Source of the DNA: Chara braunii
Lineage: Eukaryota > Plantae > Charophyceae
Length of the DNA: 64,000 nt
Reading direction: 5' to 3'
Assembly: GCA_003427395.1 (NCBI GenBank)
Contig: BFEA01000033.1
Span: 1,603,116-1,667,115 of the forward strand
The notes beneath the pieces are model-generated. The model was given only the letters and a program-made list of their open reading frames with translations. It did no database searches and was not told the origin of the DNA. Below, one piece after another: positions 12,869-22,097 of the stretch (its first letter is position 1; each line of letters begins with the position of its first letter). A program made the translations under genes and the position numbers.

Positions 12869-14026
12869 TCACCCCTCAGTGCTCTGCGTCGTCTCCTCAA
12901 CCACATCGGTACTGACGTCATCAGGTTCGGCAGACGCAGCTTCATCGCTCTCAGGTCCAAAGGCGAGTTGCGCACGATGCACAGCAATATCGAAAATAGA
13001 CTCAAACTTACCATTGTAAGTGATATCCTCATCCCTGCAGATGTTCTGCAGCACCAGAGCATCAAGACCTTTGAGATCGTTCATAATCTTTTTCTTGAAT
13101 CTCAAGCGTTTGACAGCTCCAAGCCCAGCCACATCGGCCTTCTTTCGAATCGATGGGGGAGTCTTCTTTGGCGTAGGCATATTTTCTTGTCTTTTTGCTT
13201 TGGCGCGCGTAAGGCGTTCGGTCAACTTCGCAGGCTTCGTCACTTTCCTCGGTGTCCGCCTAGGAGGTTGCTTCATCGGAGGACTTCCTTCAAAGACCGG
13301 TCCAGGGCCTCTTTTATGCTTCTGCGATATGCACAGCTTACGTGTACGTTCACTGATCTCCTCGGTGTCACTACCACTAGCACCGCTTTCTTGATCAGAT
13401 CCCGGAAGTGGGATCGCCTTCTGTTTACCACGTGCCACCGTCCTGCACAGCTCGTTGCTCGTCTCACGAATCTCAAAGCGCACATCCTCTTGAACGTCTT
13501 CACGCAGCTCTCCGACACGCAAAGCGACCTTAATATCCAGGTGCTTATTCACCTCTTCAAATTTCTCAGCATCACGACGCAACTTCTCCTCCTTCTTCTT
13601 GCGCTTCAATTCCGCTTCAGCGTGCTCCGCTTCCGCACGTTCTTCTGCCTCCTTCTTCTCCATCTTCCTCCGTTCCTTCATAGCTTTCTTCTGTTGTTCG
13701 ATTTCAACGTATTGGCAGACCGCTGCCACGCTCTTGCTGATCTCGGCCACCTTTGACTCCAACAGTTCACCGGAGGTAGAGCGCTTGCCTTGACTTCGAT
13801 CGCCCCGCGAATCCGTTGAAGACGATGGTCGAGATACACGTTGTCGCCTTGGCTGAGTGCACTGGTTAGCATAATGCCCCAGCTCGTCACAATTGAAACA
13901 CCGAATCGGGCAACGGCGTGATTCCCGCTCATAACCACCCTCTCTATAATCCTGTCCATCGCGCCCTCGATCACGCCGCTCGCGGTTATCATAACCTCGA
14001 TCCCGGTGATCACCATACCCAGACAT
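12869..14026 (-). CDS. PLE-1 ORF1: gag-like nucleic-acid-binding protein (CCHC zinc knuckle, coiled coil, SAP-like C-terminus), 385 aa, open
   Basis: RCFNCDELGHYANQC = CX2CX4HX4C; E/K/R-rich central helix; C-terminus similar to ORF1 of elements 2 and 3. Confidence 0.88.
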   Translation of the reverse strand: MSGYGDHRDRGYDNRERRDRGRDGQDYREGGYERESRRCPIRCFNCDELGHYANQCTQPRRQRVSRPSSSTDSRGDRSQGKRSTSGELLESKVAEISKSVAAVCQYVEIEQQKKAMKERRKMEKKEAEERAEAEHAEAELKRKKKEEKLRRDAEKFEEVNKHLDIKVALRVGELREDVQEDVRFEIRETSNELCRTVARGKQKAIPLPGSDQESGASGSDTEEISERTRKLCISQKHKRGPGPVFEGSPPMKQPPRRTPRKVTKPAKLTERLTRAKAKRQENMPTPKKTPPSIRKKADVAGLGAVKRLRFKKKIMNDLKGLDALVLQNICRDEDITYNGKFESIFDIAVHRAQLAFGPESDEAASAEPDDVSTDVVEETTQSTEG

Positions 14027-14161
14027 AAAGCCTGGGTTTCTTCAGCAGCGTTCGTCCCAGCACTTGTAAATGATAGTAACCACAACCTCTGAGGCAGTAG
14101 CGCGCTCACTTATTCCGGCTATTTGTCACCAGAATAGTTCAAGCGAGCAATACGCGAGCAA

Positions 14162-14695
14162 TAGGGCCTAGGGATAGGAACCTGAAAAACGAATAAGTAT
14201 ACAAATAAAAAAAAGAAAACTTTGGGCATGTGTAGCATTGCGTTCGGGTTCGGTGACCGAACACGAACGAGCACCAACACCCTCCGAACGCGAACATAAA
14301 AATAAAAAATCTTTTTAGAAAAATATGAAACAACTATATGTTACGTAACATAATAATACAAACAACTTTTGTCTGAGAGTTATGCTCAAATTCTTAACCA
14401 AACTCGAGTTAAAAAAAAAAAAAAAGTTTTTTATTTTTTATTTTTAAATATGTTTGGTCAAACTCATTCGGGAGGCGTTCGACCGAACACTCAAATATGC
14501 TCGGACGTTCGGAAAAGCTCCGAACATGTTCGGTGTGCTACTAAGCCCTGGGCTCTATTTTTGTCGAAAGCAAAGAAGGGTCTGGGACCTAGGGATAGGT
14601 ACCTAAAAAACGACTGAGTATACGAAGAAAAAAAACAAAACTCTGGGCTCTATTTTTCGACGAAAGCAAATAAGGGCCTAGGGCCTAGGGATAGG
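14162..14695 (+). repeat. ~97-bp satellite, segment 3 (interrupted by a MITE)
   Basis: Same unit. Confidence 0.9.
14231..14541 (+). mobile_element. MITE-like non-autonomous element (GTAGCA...TGCTAC termini, CGAAC/GTTCG motifs)
   Basis: Interrupts a satellite unit; an inverted copy lies at 29930-30187. Confidence 0.75.
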
Positions 14696-15416
14696 GGGTC
14701 TTTTTTCTACGAACCCTCTCTGATACTGGTTTCCTTTTTTTCCTTTTAGTGTGGTTCGAGCAGTTTTTGGACTATTGATTTATGTGAGAAAGTCATGTGG
14801 GCTAATTGACAGATGGCTATCTCTGAACTGGTCTATCTTTTATTTTAGTCATTTTTCCTTTCTTCTTTTTTTCTATTTCCTTTTTTTGCCTCAGGATCCG
14901 GCAGACGTTACCTAGTAGCTGGATAGATGAATTTGGATAGACAGCAAGTCCAGGATGCTTTCTCAAGGTTCTTACGATATTTTTCCACTATTTGGTTTGT
15001 TTTTTTGAGCGACCTAGGTTGTTGTGAATGGGTGTAGCTGATAGTGGTACTTGAAGTTGTGGGTACTTTGGTACTGTGGGTTTTTGTGCGACTTCGTTTT
15101 ACGTCTTCGATGAAACGAGTTGAGCGTTCAAGTGAACTGTAAAGTCTTTGACGACTAAAGTTCATCGTACCGACTTTTATGCCCCTGATGATCCTGGTTC
15201 TGACGGTCAGGTGAAACCAGTAGGGTTTTCGCCATGACTGTACTTCAAGTTTTATTTTAATATACAAAGTCGCGTTTGGAACATGAGTCGTTGTCTTGTT
15301 TTCTCTCTCCTTTTCTCCTTCGCTCCTTTCTTGTCGGTCTCTCTTCTTTTCCTCCTCCGGGTTGTCATTCGAGTTTGTTATAAGATTGCCACGATTGTGT
15401 CGAAAGTTATCATACT
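14692..15416 (+). repeat. PLE-2 upstream pseudo-LTR
   Basis: Near-identical to 19707-20426. Confidence 0.92.
15181..15226 (+). ncRNA. Minimal hammerhead ribozyme (PLE-2 upstream pLTR)
   Basis: gccc-CTGATGA-t-cctggtt..ggtcagg-t-GAAAC-cag-TA-gggt: conserved core, stems I and II, vestigial stem III. Confidence 0.85.
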
Positions 15417-15478
15417 TTCATCCACGAAGTAACCGACGTAGAAGTTAGACTATCGTTGTGTAGCTTCGTTCTCCAAAA

Positions 15479-16849
15479 ATGACATATAATAACATTAGTT
15501 CCAATGTGACTGATACTCGCTCTTGCTATAACTGTGGCCAGAGGGGCCACATCTCCCGTTTCTGTCCCTTTCATGACCGTAGGCTGAATGGTGGTCAATC
15601 TACCAACACGGCTATAGTGTCGGCTTAGGCCCCGTTGTTGACTTTGCCAGCTAATAATAATATAGGGACCGTTGTTTCTAATTACAACGACGACTCGAAT
15701 GGAGGAGGCTATCTTAGTAAAAAAGTGACGTCACTTGAAGATATTGTTGGAAAAATCAAGACCAAGCACGATGTCGATGAAGCCAAGGAACAGGCGGCAC
15801 GTGGGGAGGAAGAACGTAAGAACTGTGAGCGTGAAAAGAAGAGAGGCGGCAGAGCGATAAGAAGGAGCGGGAAGAGTTCCACGCTCAGATTAACAAGGAA
15901 GTATCAGAGAATTGGACCGAGTGTACGAGGCGATTAATTTGAAGAAAAACCTGGACAATGATGAGGTGGCCAAATTGAAAGCGAGGATTGAAGAACTGCA
16001 GCGTCGACCATGTGTGGCGAGTACATCTTCTGACGCTGCTACTGCTAAGTCCGACGAAGTCACCCGCCTGCGCGCTGAGCAGGTTGAAATGAGAAAGGTT
16101 GTCGACCAGCATTTCAAAGCTCTGGAGGAGGTTATCCGTGCCTTGCAGAAGCAGTGCGACGATGCGGAGGCGAATGTCGAGGTATGGAAGGCAAAAACTC
16201 TGCGTCCTGGTAATAAGAGAGGAGGCATGGTTATTGGAGCTACACCAGCAGTACAAGTCAGGACAAGGCTACAGATGACTTCTACTGAGACTCTTGTGGG
16301 GTGAAGGAGGATTGACGAGAGGGTGAAGGGTTTGGTTGAGAGACACCAGGAGGAGGTGCAAATTTTGCAAGAATTAAGAATGAAGGAGGTCAACACAAGG
16401 AAACAAAGTGAACTGGAGTTTGAGAGCTTGCAAGAATAAATAGAAAGATTAGAGGTGGCTAATCGGATGAAGGCAAAAAGTAATCTGAAAGCCAGATTGG
16501 ATGAGGCGGCTGTGCCATCGGGAAGGAAGGCTGCGAAATTCGGGGCCAAGACTAAGGAAAAGGCTGAAGCCAGCCCGGTGATTGACGTTGACCGAGATAC
16601 CTTTTTGCGAAAGGCCAGAAGGAAGTTCCGAGGGAAGAATAAAGATCAGGTGTTAGAGATCTGCAGTAAGGAGGGGGTGCGATACTCTACTTTGGAACCA
16701 ACGAAATAGGTCATTGCACAGCGAAGAGTGGAGATGACATTTGATGAAGGAAAAGAGGGCTCTGGAAGGAAAAAGAAACGTCTGTACTGGAGGTAATTGA
16801 AGATGAGGATAACTCCGAGGGGGATGGGCGTGATTCTGGTGCTTCTTAG
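15479..16849 (+). pseudogene. PLE-2 ORF1 (CCHC knuckle, coiled coil), disrupted
   Basis: ATG 15479 gives MTYNNISSNVTDTRSCYNCGQRGHISRFCP (knuckle 15524-15565); continues through fragments 15635-, 15912- and 16455- to acidic tail ...EDEDNSEGDGRDSGAS* (TAG 16847-16849). Confidence 0.85.
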
Positions 16850-16863
16850 AATCACGCTCAGAC

Positions 16864-19573
16864 GTGACTTTCCTCTGGAATGTTGTACGACTTTATGTGG
16901 ATATTTGGTCACGCTCATCAGCCTTATTGAGAAGCAGGGATCTTAATCTACTTCTTTGCTTTGCTGTTTGTGGTTTAATTATCTGCGGACAAATTCTGTG
17001 GGGAATCAAGTTGGTTGATTTTATTGTCAATTTTTTTTATGGGAAGCAACAGATCGATGACGGTTGGGAAAGTCCGCTCGTGTATGCTCTGTTTTCTCCA
17101 TGGTCAAGACATCTTTACATTGGGAGTACTGGAAGGGATCTACATTCTCACTGGAGGGAACATGTCTACCGTGGGTGTTCGATAATGGTGGTTGAGGGGG
17201 GAAGAAGAAACAAGAAACTATACTGATGGTTGCTGCGGTGTGGGGTACATACGTATGTGGCTATTTCGTTGTGCAAGTGTTATGAGGAGGAGCTGTTGGA
17301 TACGGAGAAATTTTTCATCCGCTTATTTTCACCCGCCTTGAATAGTCGGGACAAACGAATGAGATCAAGGAAATGTAGACATGGTTTAAGAGAACGTCTG
17401 CGTCGGAAGGATCAAGGATTGCAGTCAGGTAAGGTGCGGTGTATTAAATCTAGACTACAGACTGGGAGAAATTCTCTGCTTGTTTTCCATGTTGTTAACG
17501 GGCAGGTAACTAGGAGTCCGTTGGGAGTTCTAAGTAGCTGTAAAGAAATATCTGTGGGTTGTACTGTGGTCAGATGTCAAGGTGGAGATCTGCTTTTGGA
17601 TCGTTGGAAAGTTCTGCGAAGGTTATTCAGAGGTAGTATTGTTTCCTGTGAGTTTGGAAGGGTGGAGTTGCGACATGCACGAGGTTGGTTGAAGAACGGT
17701 GTCACATTGACTTTCGAGAATATCATTCCTTTTCTGAGTCATTCTCTGTCTCTGAAAGACCCTCTTGTACATTTTCTTAGTGATCCTGGCAGTCGGGTGG
17801 CTCGGAAAGTATGGGATTTCGACCAACTGGTCGCTACGTATATGGCCATTCGAACGTTTAGTGAGAAGAGAACGAGATTTCGCTTGCGCTGTATTCTCGC
17901 TCAAACTGCTTTCTCAAGGTTTGGAGTTAGAATTAGGACGAGGATTGTCTTTCAGATTGTGTTTGCCGATTACTTGTGCAAAGCGAAGATCGGAAAACTT
18001 TGCGCGTTGTTGATTTCGCGCTTGGATATTAGTGTCGAATGGGGTCGTATGTTAACTCGTCGAATGCGTGTGTTTTGGTGCCGAAACAGAAGTGTTGGGG
18101 ATATTTTACACAATTTTTTGACGTTTTCGAGGCTTGAGGAATTTCACTGCTCCTGCACAAGTTGTGACCTAAGGTTTCCTCGTGTTGATAACCACGTTTC
18201 TTTTCGGATAAACGACTCTGATCTTTTTCTCTCTTGGATGAGAATTTGAAGAATTTGCTCCGACCGATAAGGAAACAGTCGTTGGATTGGCTTCGATCTC
18301 AAGTTTTGTCCGGGTTCTCTGATCATCCGTCTCTGGCCCCCGTTGACTGATATGCTCTGACTGATGATTTGCTATGTGGTTGTTTTAAGGAGTTTGATTC
18401 TTCCCTACCTGGGTTTAGTGAAGATGATTTGGAGCCTTCTCGTCTTCTTCTCCGTGGTCTTGTATGCTACCCAATCGACCATAATATGGGAGATACGATG
18501 GTGTGTTGTCCGAAGGTATACGAGTCAGGTATGACGCAGCTATTTATTGGCAATCCATCCTTTGTTTTGTGCAATGCCGAGGAGCGGGTGATTGTGGAAG
18601 ATTGTCGCGTTGAGTATGAACGATTAAAGTTGCAAACCGTTGGAAGATGGGACAAGGGTGGAAGTCTTGGTAGAGCCTATTGTATTCCTAAACATAAAGA
18701 TACTACTCGATGGAGACCTATATGCCCCTCCTATCCGGTGAATGCTCTCCTTTGGAATCTGCCAAAAAACTTCAACTTTAACATGCGTAGCACGGATGGG
18801 TTGCTTGGGTGTCTACCCGAAATTAATAAGAACTTGAGGAAAAAAGATGTGGTGATTGGTGCGTCTTTTGACGTAAAGGAGATGTTTTCGAATCTCCCGC
18901 ACTCTTCGATTTTGAAAGCCTTGAGATGGGTTATAAATTTTTGGATTGAGAAGGAGGTTCATTCGGTGGGGGTGAAGAAGCAGGGGAAAGGTGCGAGATT
19001 AGTAAGAGGAAAAAGCGAGGTAGGTTGAAAGTGTATACCGCTGAAAAGTATTATGTCTTCGTGGTTGTAGGCTTGTTGACGACGTCTTTTTTTTTTTTTA
19101 TTCCGAAGAATGGGACTGACTGGGGGAAAGGGGAACGTTTGATTGAAAGATTAAGTCATTGTTACGACAGTAATTTGAAGTTGGAAAGGATAAGCAAAAG
19201 GAATGACTGGGGTTTCCTTGGCTGCGTGCTCAGCATCATTGAGGGCAAGATAGGGGTAATTTGTCATCCGTTGATCAAGAATCAGTTGTGTGGAGTCGAA
19301 GGGAGGCTACGTTTCCAAAATATTCAAGATTTTTCTTCCTTTTAAAATCAGCAACAGAAGTTGGCAATGATTGGTTCCTTCCTTCACCGAGCCAAGTTTT
19401 TTTCCACTTCTAAGGACTTCGCTTTCCTTTTGTTATTCTCTTTGAAATGCGAGCTTTGGATGAAAGGTTATCCCGATGAATTTTTTGATAGTGCTCTGGT
19501 GAAATTTTCGAAGAAATTCGGTGGTTTGTGGAATGGATGGATACCGGTTTTAACCAGTTGGAACCGTTTTTGA
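16864..19573 (+). pseudogene. PLE-2 pol (GIY-YIG + RT), disrupted, with the GIPMG region deleted
   Basis: GIY-YIG in ~17068-17345; AYCIPKHKD..WRPICP; SFDVKEMF; CRLVDDV at ~19066-19086; about 65 codons present in element 3 are missing near 19025. Confidence 0.9.
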
Positions 19574-19706
19574 GGGAAACGTGAGGGGTATTGTCACCCC
19601 CGCCTTTCGGGGGTTTGTTGGTATTTTTCTGTTACTTGGGCATGATGTGGGTATATTGTTTTGAGGAGATAGGGGGTCTTCTTTGCGAAGGTGTTCTTCG
19701 AGGAGT

Positions 19707-20426
19707 TAGGGGGTCTTTTTTCTGCGAACCCTCTACTGTTTTTTTTTTCTTTCCTTTTAGTGTGGTTCGAGCACTTTTTGGACTATTGATCTATGTGAGA
19801 AAGTCATGTCGGCAGATTGACAAATGACTATCTCTTAACTGGTCTATCTTTTATTTTAGTAATTTTTCCTTTCTTCTTCTTTTCTATTTCTTTTTTCTGC
19901 CTCAGGATCCGGCAGACGTTACCTAGTAGCTAGATAGATGAATTTGGACAGACAACAAGTCCAGGATGTTTTCTCAGGGTTCTGACGATATTTTCCCACT
20001 GGTTGGTTTCCTTTTTTTAGCGACCTGGATTGTTGTGAAGGGGTGTAGCTGATAGTGGTACTTGAAATTGTGGGTACTTTGGTACTGTGGGTTTTGCGCG
20101 ACTTCCTTTTACGTCTTCGATGGAACAAGTTGAGCCTTCATGTCAACTATTAAGTCTTTGACGACCAAAGTCCATCGTACCGACTTTTATGCCCCTGATT
20201 ATCCTGGTTCTGGCGGCCAGGTGAAACCGATAGGGTTTTCGCCATGACTGTACTTCAAGTTTTATTTTAATATACAAAGTCGCGTTCGGGACATGAGTCA
20301 TCGTCTTGTTTTCTCCCTCCTCTTCTCCTCCGCTCCTTTCCTGTTTGTCTCTCTTCTTTTCCTCCTCTGGGTCGTCATTCGACTCTGTTATAAGATTGCC
20401 ACGGTTGTGTCGAAAGTTATCATACT
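19707..20426 (+). repeat. PLE-2 3' pseudo-LTR
   Basis: Direct repeat of 14692-15416. Confidence 0.92.
20191..20236 (+). ncRNA. Minimal hammerhead ribozyme (PLE-2 3' pLTR; core mutated to CTGATTA)
   Basis: gcccCTGATTAtcctggttctggcggccaggtGAAACcgaTAgggt. Confidence 0.7.
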
Positions 20427-21320
20427 AGGGATAGGTACCTAAAAAATGACTAAGTATATGAAAAAAAAAAGAAATGTGGGCTCTATTTTACGATGAAAGC
20501 AAAGAAGGGTCTGAGACCTAGGGATAGGTACCTAAAAGACGAATGAGTATAAATAAATAAATAAATAAATAAATAAATTTACGGCTTCATTTTTCAACGA
20601 AAGCAAAGAAGGGACTATGGCGTAGGGATAGGTAACTAAAAGACGACTAAGTATACGAAGAAAAAAAAAAAACTTTGAGCTCTATTTTTCGACGAATGCA
20701 AAGAAGGCCCTAAGGTCTAAGGATAAGTACCTAAAAAACGATCAAATATACGAAGAAAAAAAAAACTTTGGGCTCTATTTTTCGGCGAAAGCAAAGAAGG
20801 GTCTAGGGCCGAGGGCCTAGGGATAGGTACCTAAAAAACGACTAAGTATATGAAGAAAAAAAAAAAACCTTTGGGCTTCATTTTTTGGACAATGCAAAGA
20901 TGTATCTGTGGCATAGGAATAGGTACCTAAGAAATGGTTGAGTATACATTCAAATATTACAAACAGAATTGAGTAACTATGGACTCTATTTTTCTATGAA
21001 AGCAAAGTATGGTTTAGGGCCTAGGGATAGGTAACTAATAAACGACTAAGTATACGAAGAAAAATAAAAAAATTATGGGCTCTATTTTTCGACGAAAGCA
21101 AATAAGCGTTCAGGACATAGGGATACGTACATGAAAAACGACTGAGTATACGAAGAAAAAGAAAAAAAAATGTTGAGCTGTATTTTTCGACGAAGCAAAG
21201 AAGATCCTAGGGTCTAGGGATAGGTACCTAAAAAACGACTAAGTATACAAAGAGAAAAATATAAACTCAGGGCCTAAGGCATAGGGATAAGTAACTAAAA
21301 AACGACCAAGTATGCGAAGG
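20425..21320 (+). repeat. ~97-bp satellite, segment 4 (array end)
   Basis: Same unit. Confidence 0.95.
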
Positions 21321-21413
21321 ATATCTCACTTTTACATATGTGTTGTTGGGAATTTCTTTGGATTAACGTCATTATGATTCTTCAAATATTTTAAGGTCGG
21401 TTAACCATATGTC

Positions 21414-22047
21414 ATGGTGATGAGAACATCAATCCAAATAAGGTAGATGGAGCAACATATATCAAAGAGCATTCATAGCAGACATAATGAGGAAAAAACC
21501 CACAGAAGGAGAAGAAAGGGAAAGAGAAGGTGGAAGTGAGTAGTACACAGTATACAATTCTCCCGAACGCGATGGCGTCAAATGATATTCGAAAAGCACA
21601 ATCGAATCAACTCGAACCATAAATAGGAATCATGCCCGTAGTCATCAAGATCCTGTCCGAGTATCTGGCGGTCGACCCTACATGTTTCATCCGGCCGCCA
21701 GAGCCGGAATCATCAGGGGTCTATTATCACTGTGGAGATAAAAAGTAACTGTGCATACTCAATATATAGGAACTGCCTAGCACTACGACCACTCTAGACT
21801 ATTCCTTTGGTCCAACTAAAGAGTCCAAATCATCTACCGCCAGAAGAAAAAAAAAACAGACCCAACGGGGTCCAGCACCAGACCGGGTCACGTCAACAAC
21901 TCACCTCAGGGGCACAGAAACCCCACCCAGACATAAAAATAGTGGTTCAGCCGGCACGGCTGCAGACCCAAAACTCAGGGCCCTTCAACAGAAAAGGCCC
22001 AAACGTCAATGGGTCAAAAATCATACTGAACAGGTGCCCCAGACAGG
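21414..22047 (-). repeat. PLE-3 3' pseudo-LTR
   Basis: Direct repeat of 26603-27207, which lacks ~30 bp. Confidence 0.92.
21674..21721 (-). ncRNA. Minimal hammerhead ribozyme (PLE-3 3' pLTR)
   Basis: Minus strand: gaccc-CTGATGA-t-tccggct-ctggc-ggccgga-t-GAAAC-atGTA-gggtc. Confidence 0.9.
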
Positions 22048-22097
22048 TACCCATCATTCAATATGCGTCTCATATTTACTGCATTCGGGAAAGAGTC

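Larger units (their letters stand above)
9310..14161 (-). mobile_element. Penelope-like retroelement 1 (Naiad/Chlamys type: ORF1, then GIY-YIG + RT)
   Basis: ORF1 with CCHC; GIY-YIG (CVYLGCSLYCKSQYVGKST..RWREH..LEGVYIRQWSPFLN) upstream of RT (IPKHKD..RPI, SFDIKDMF, GIPMG, RLVDD). Flanked by direct repeat tagggcctagg at 9299-9309 and 14162-14172. Confidence 0.92.
14696..20424 (+). mobile_element. Penelope-like retroelement 2 with direct pseudo-LTRs
   Basis: ~720-bp direct repeats at 14692-15416 and 19707-20426; ORF1 with CCHC; GIY-YIG LVYALFSPWSRHLYIGSTGR; RT motifs; flanked by ctagggatagg at 14685-14695 and 20425-20435. Confidence 0.92.

Noticed and set aside
12968-13756. 262-aa plus-strand ORF and other ORFs antisense to PLE and Harbinger genes
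   Set aside because: Shadow frames of the real coding strand.
14692-20426. True LTR retrotransposon reading of the direct repeats
   Set aside because: No TG...CA ends, PBS, PPT, protease or integrase; the upstream repeat is a 5'-truncated copy of the 3' UTR.
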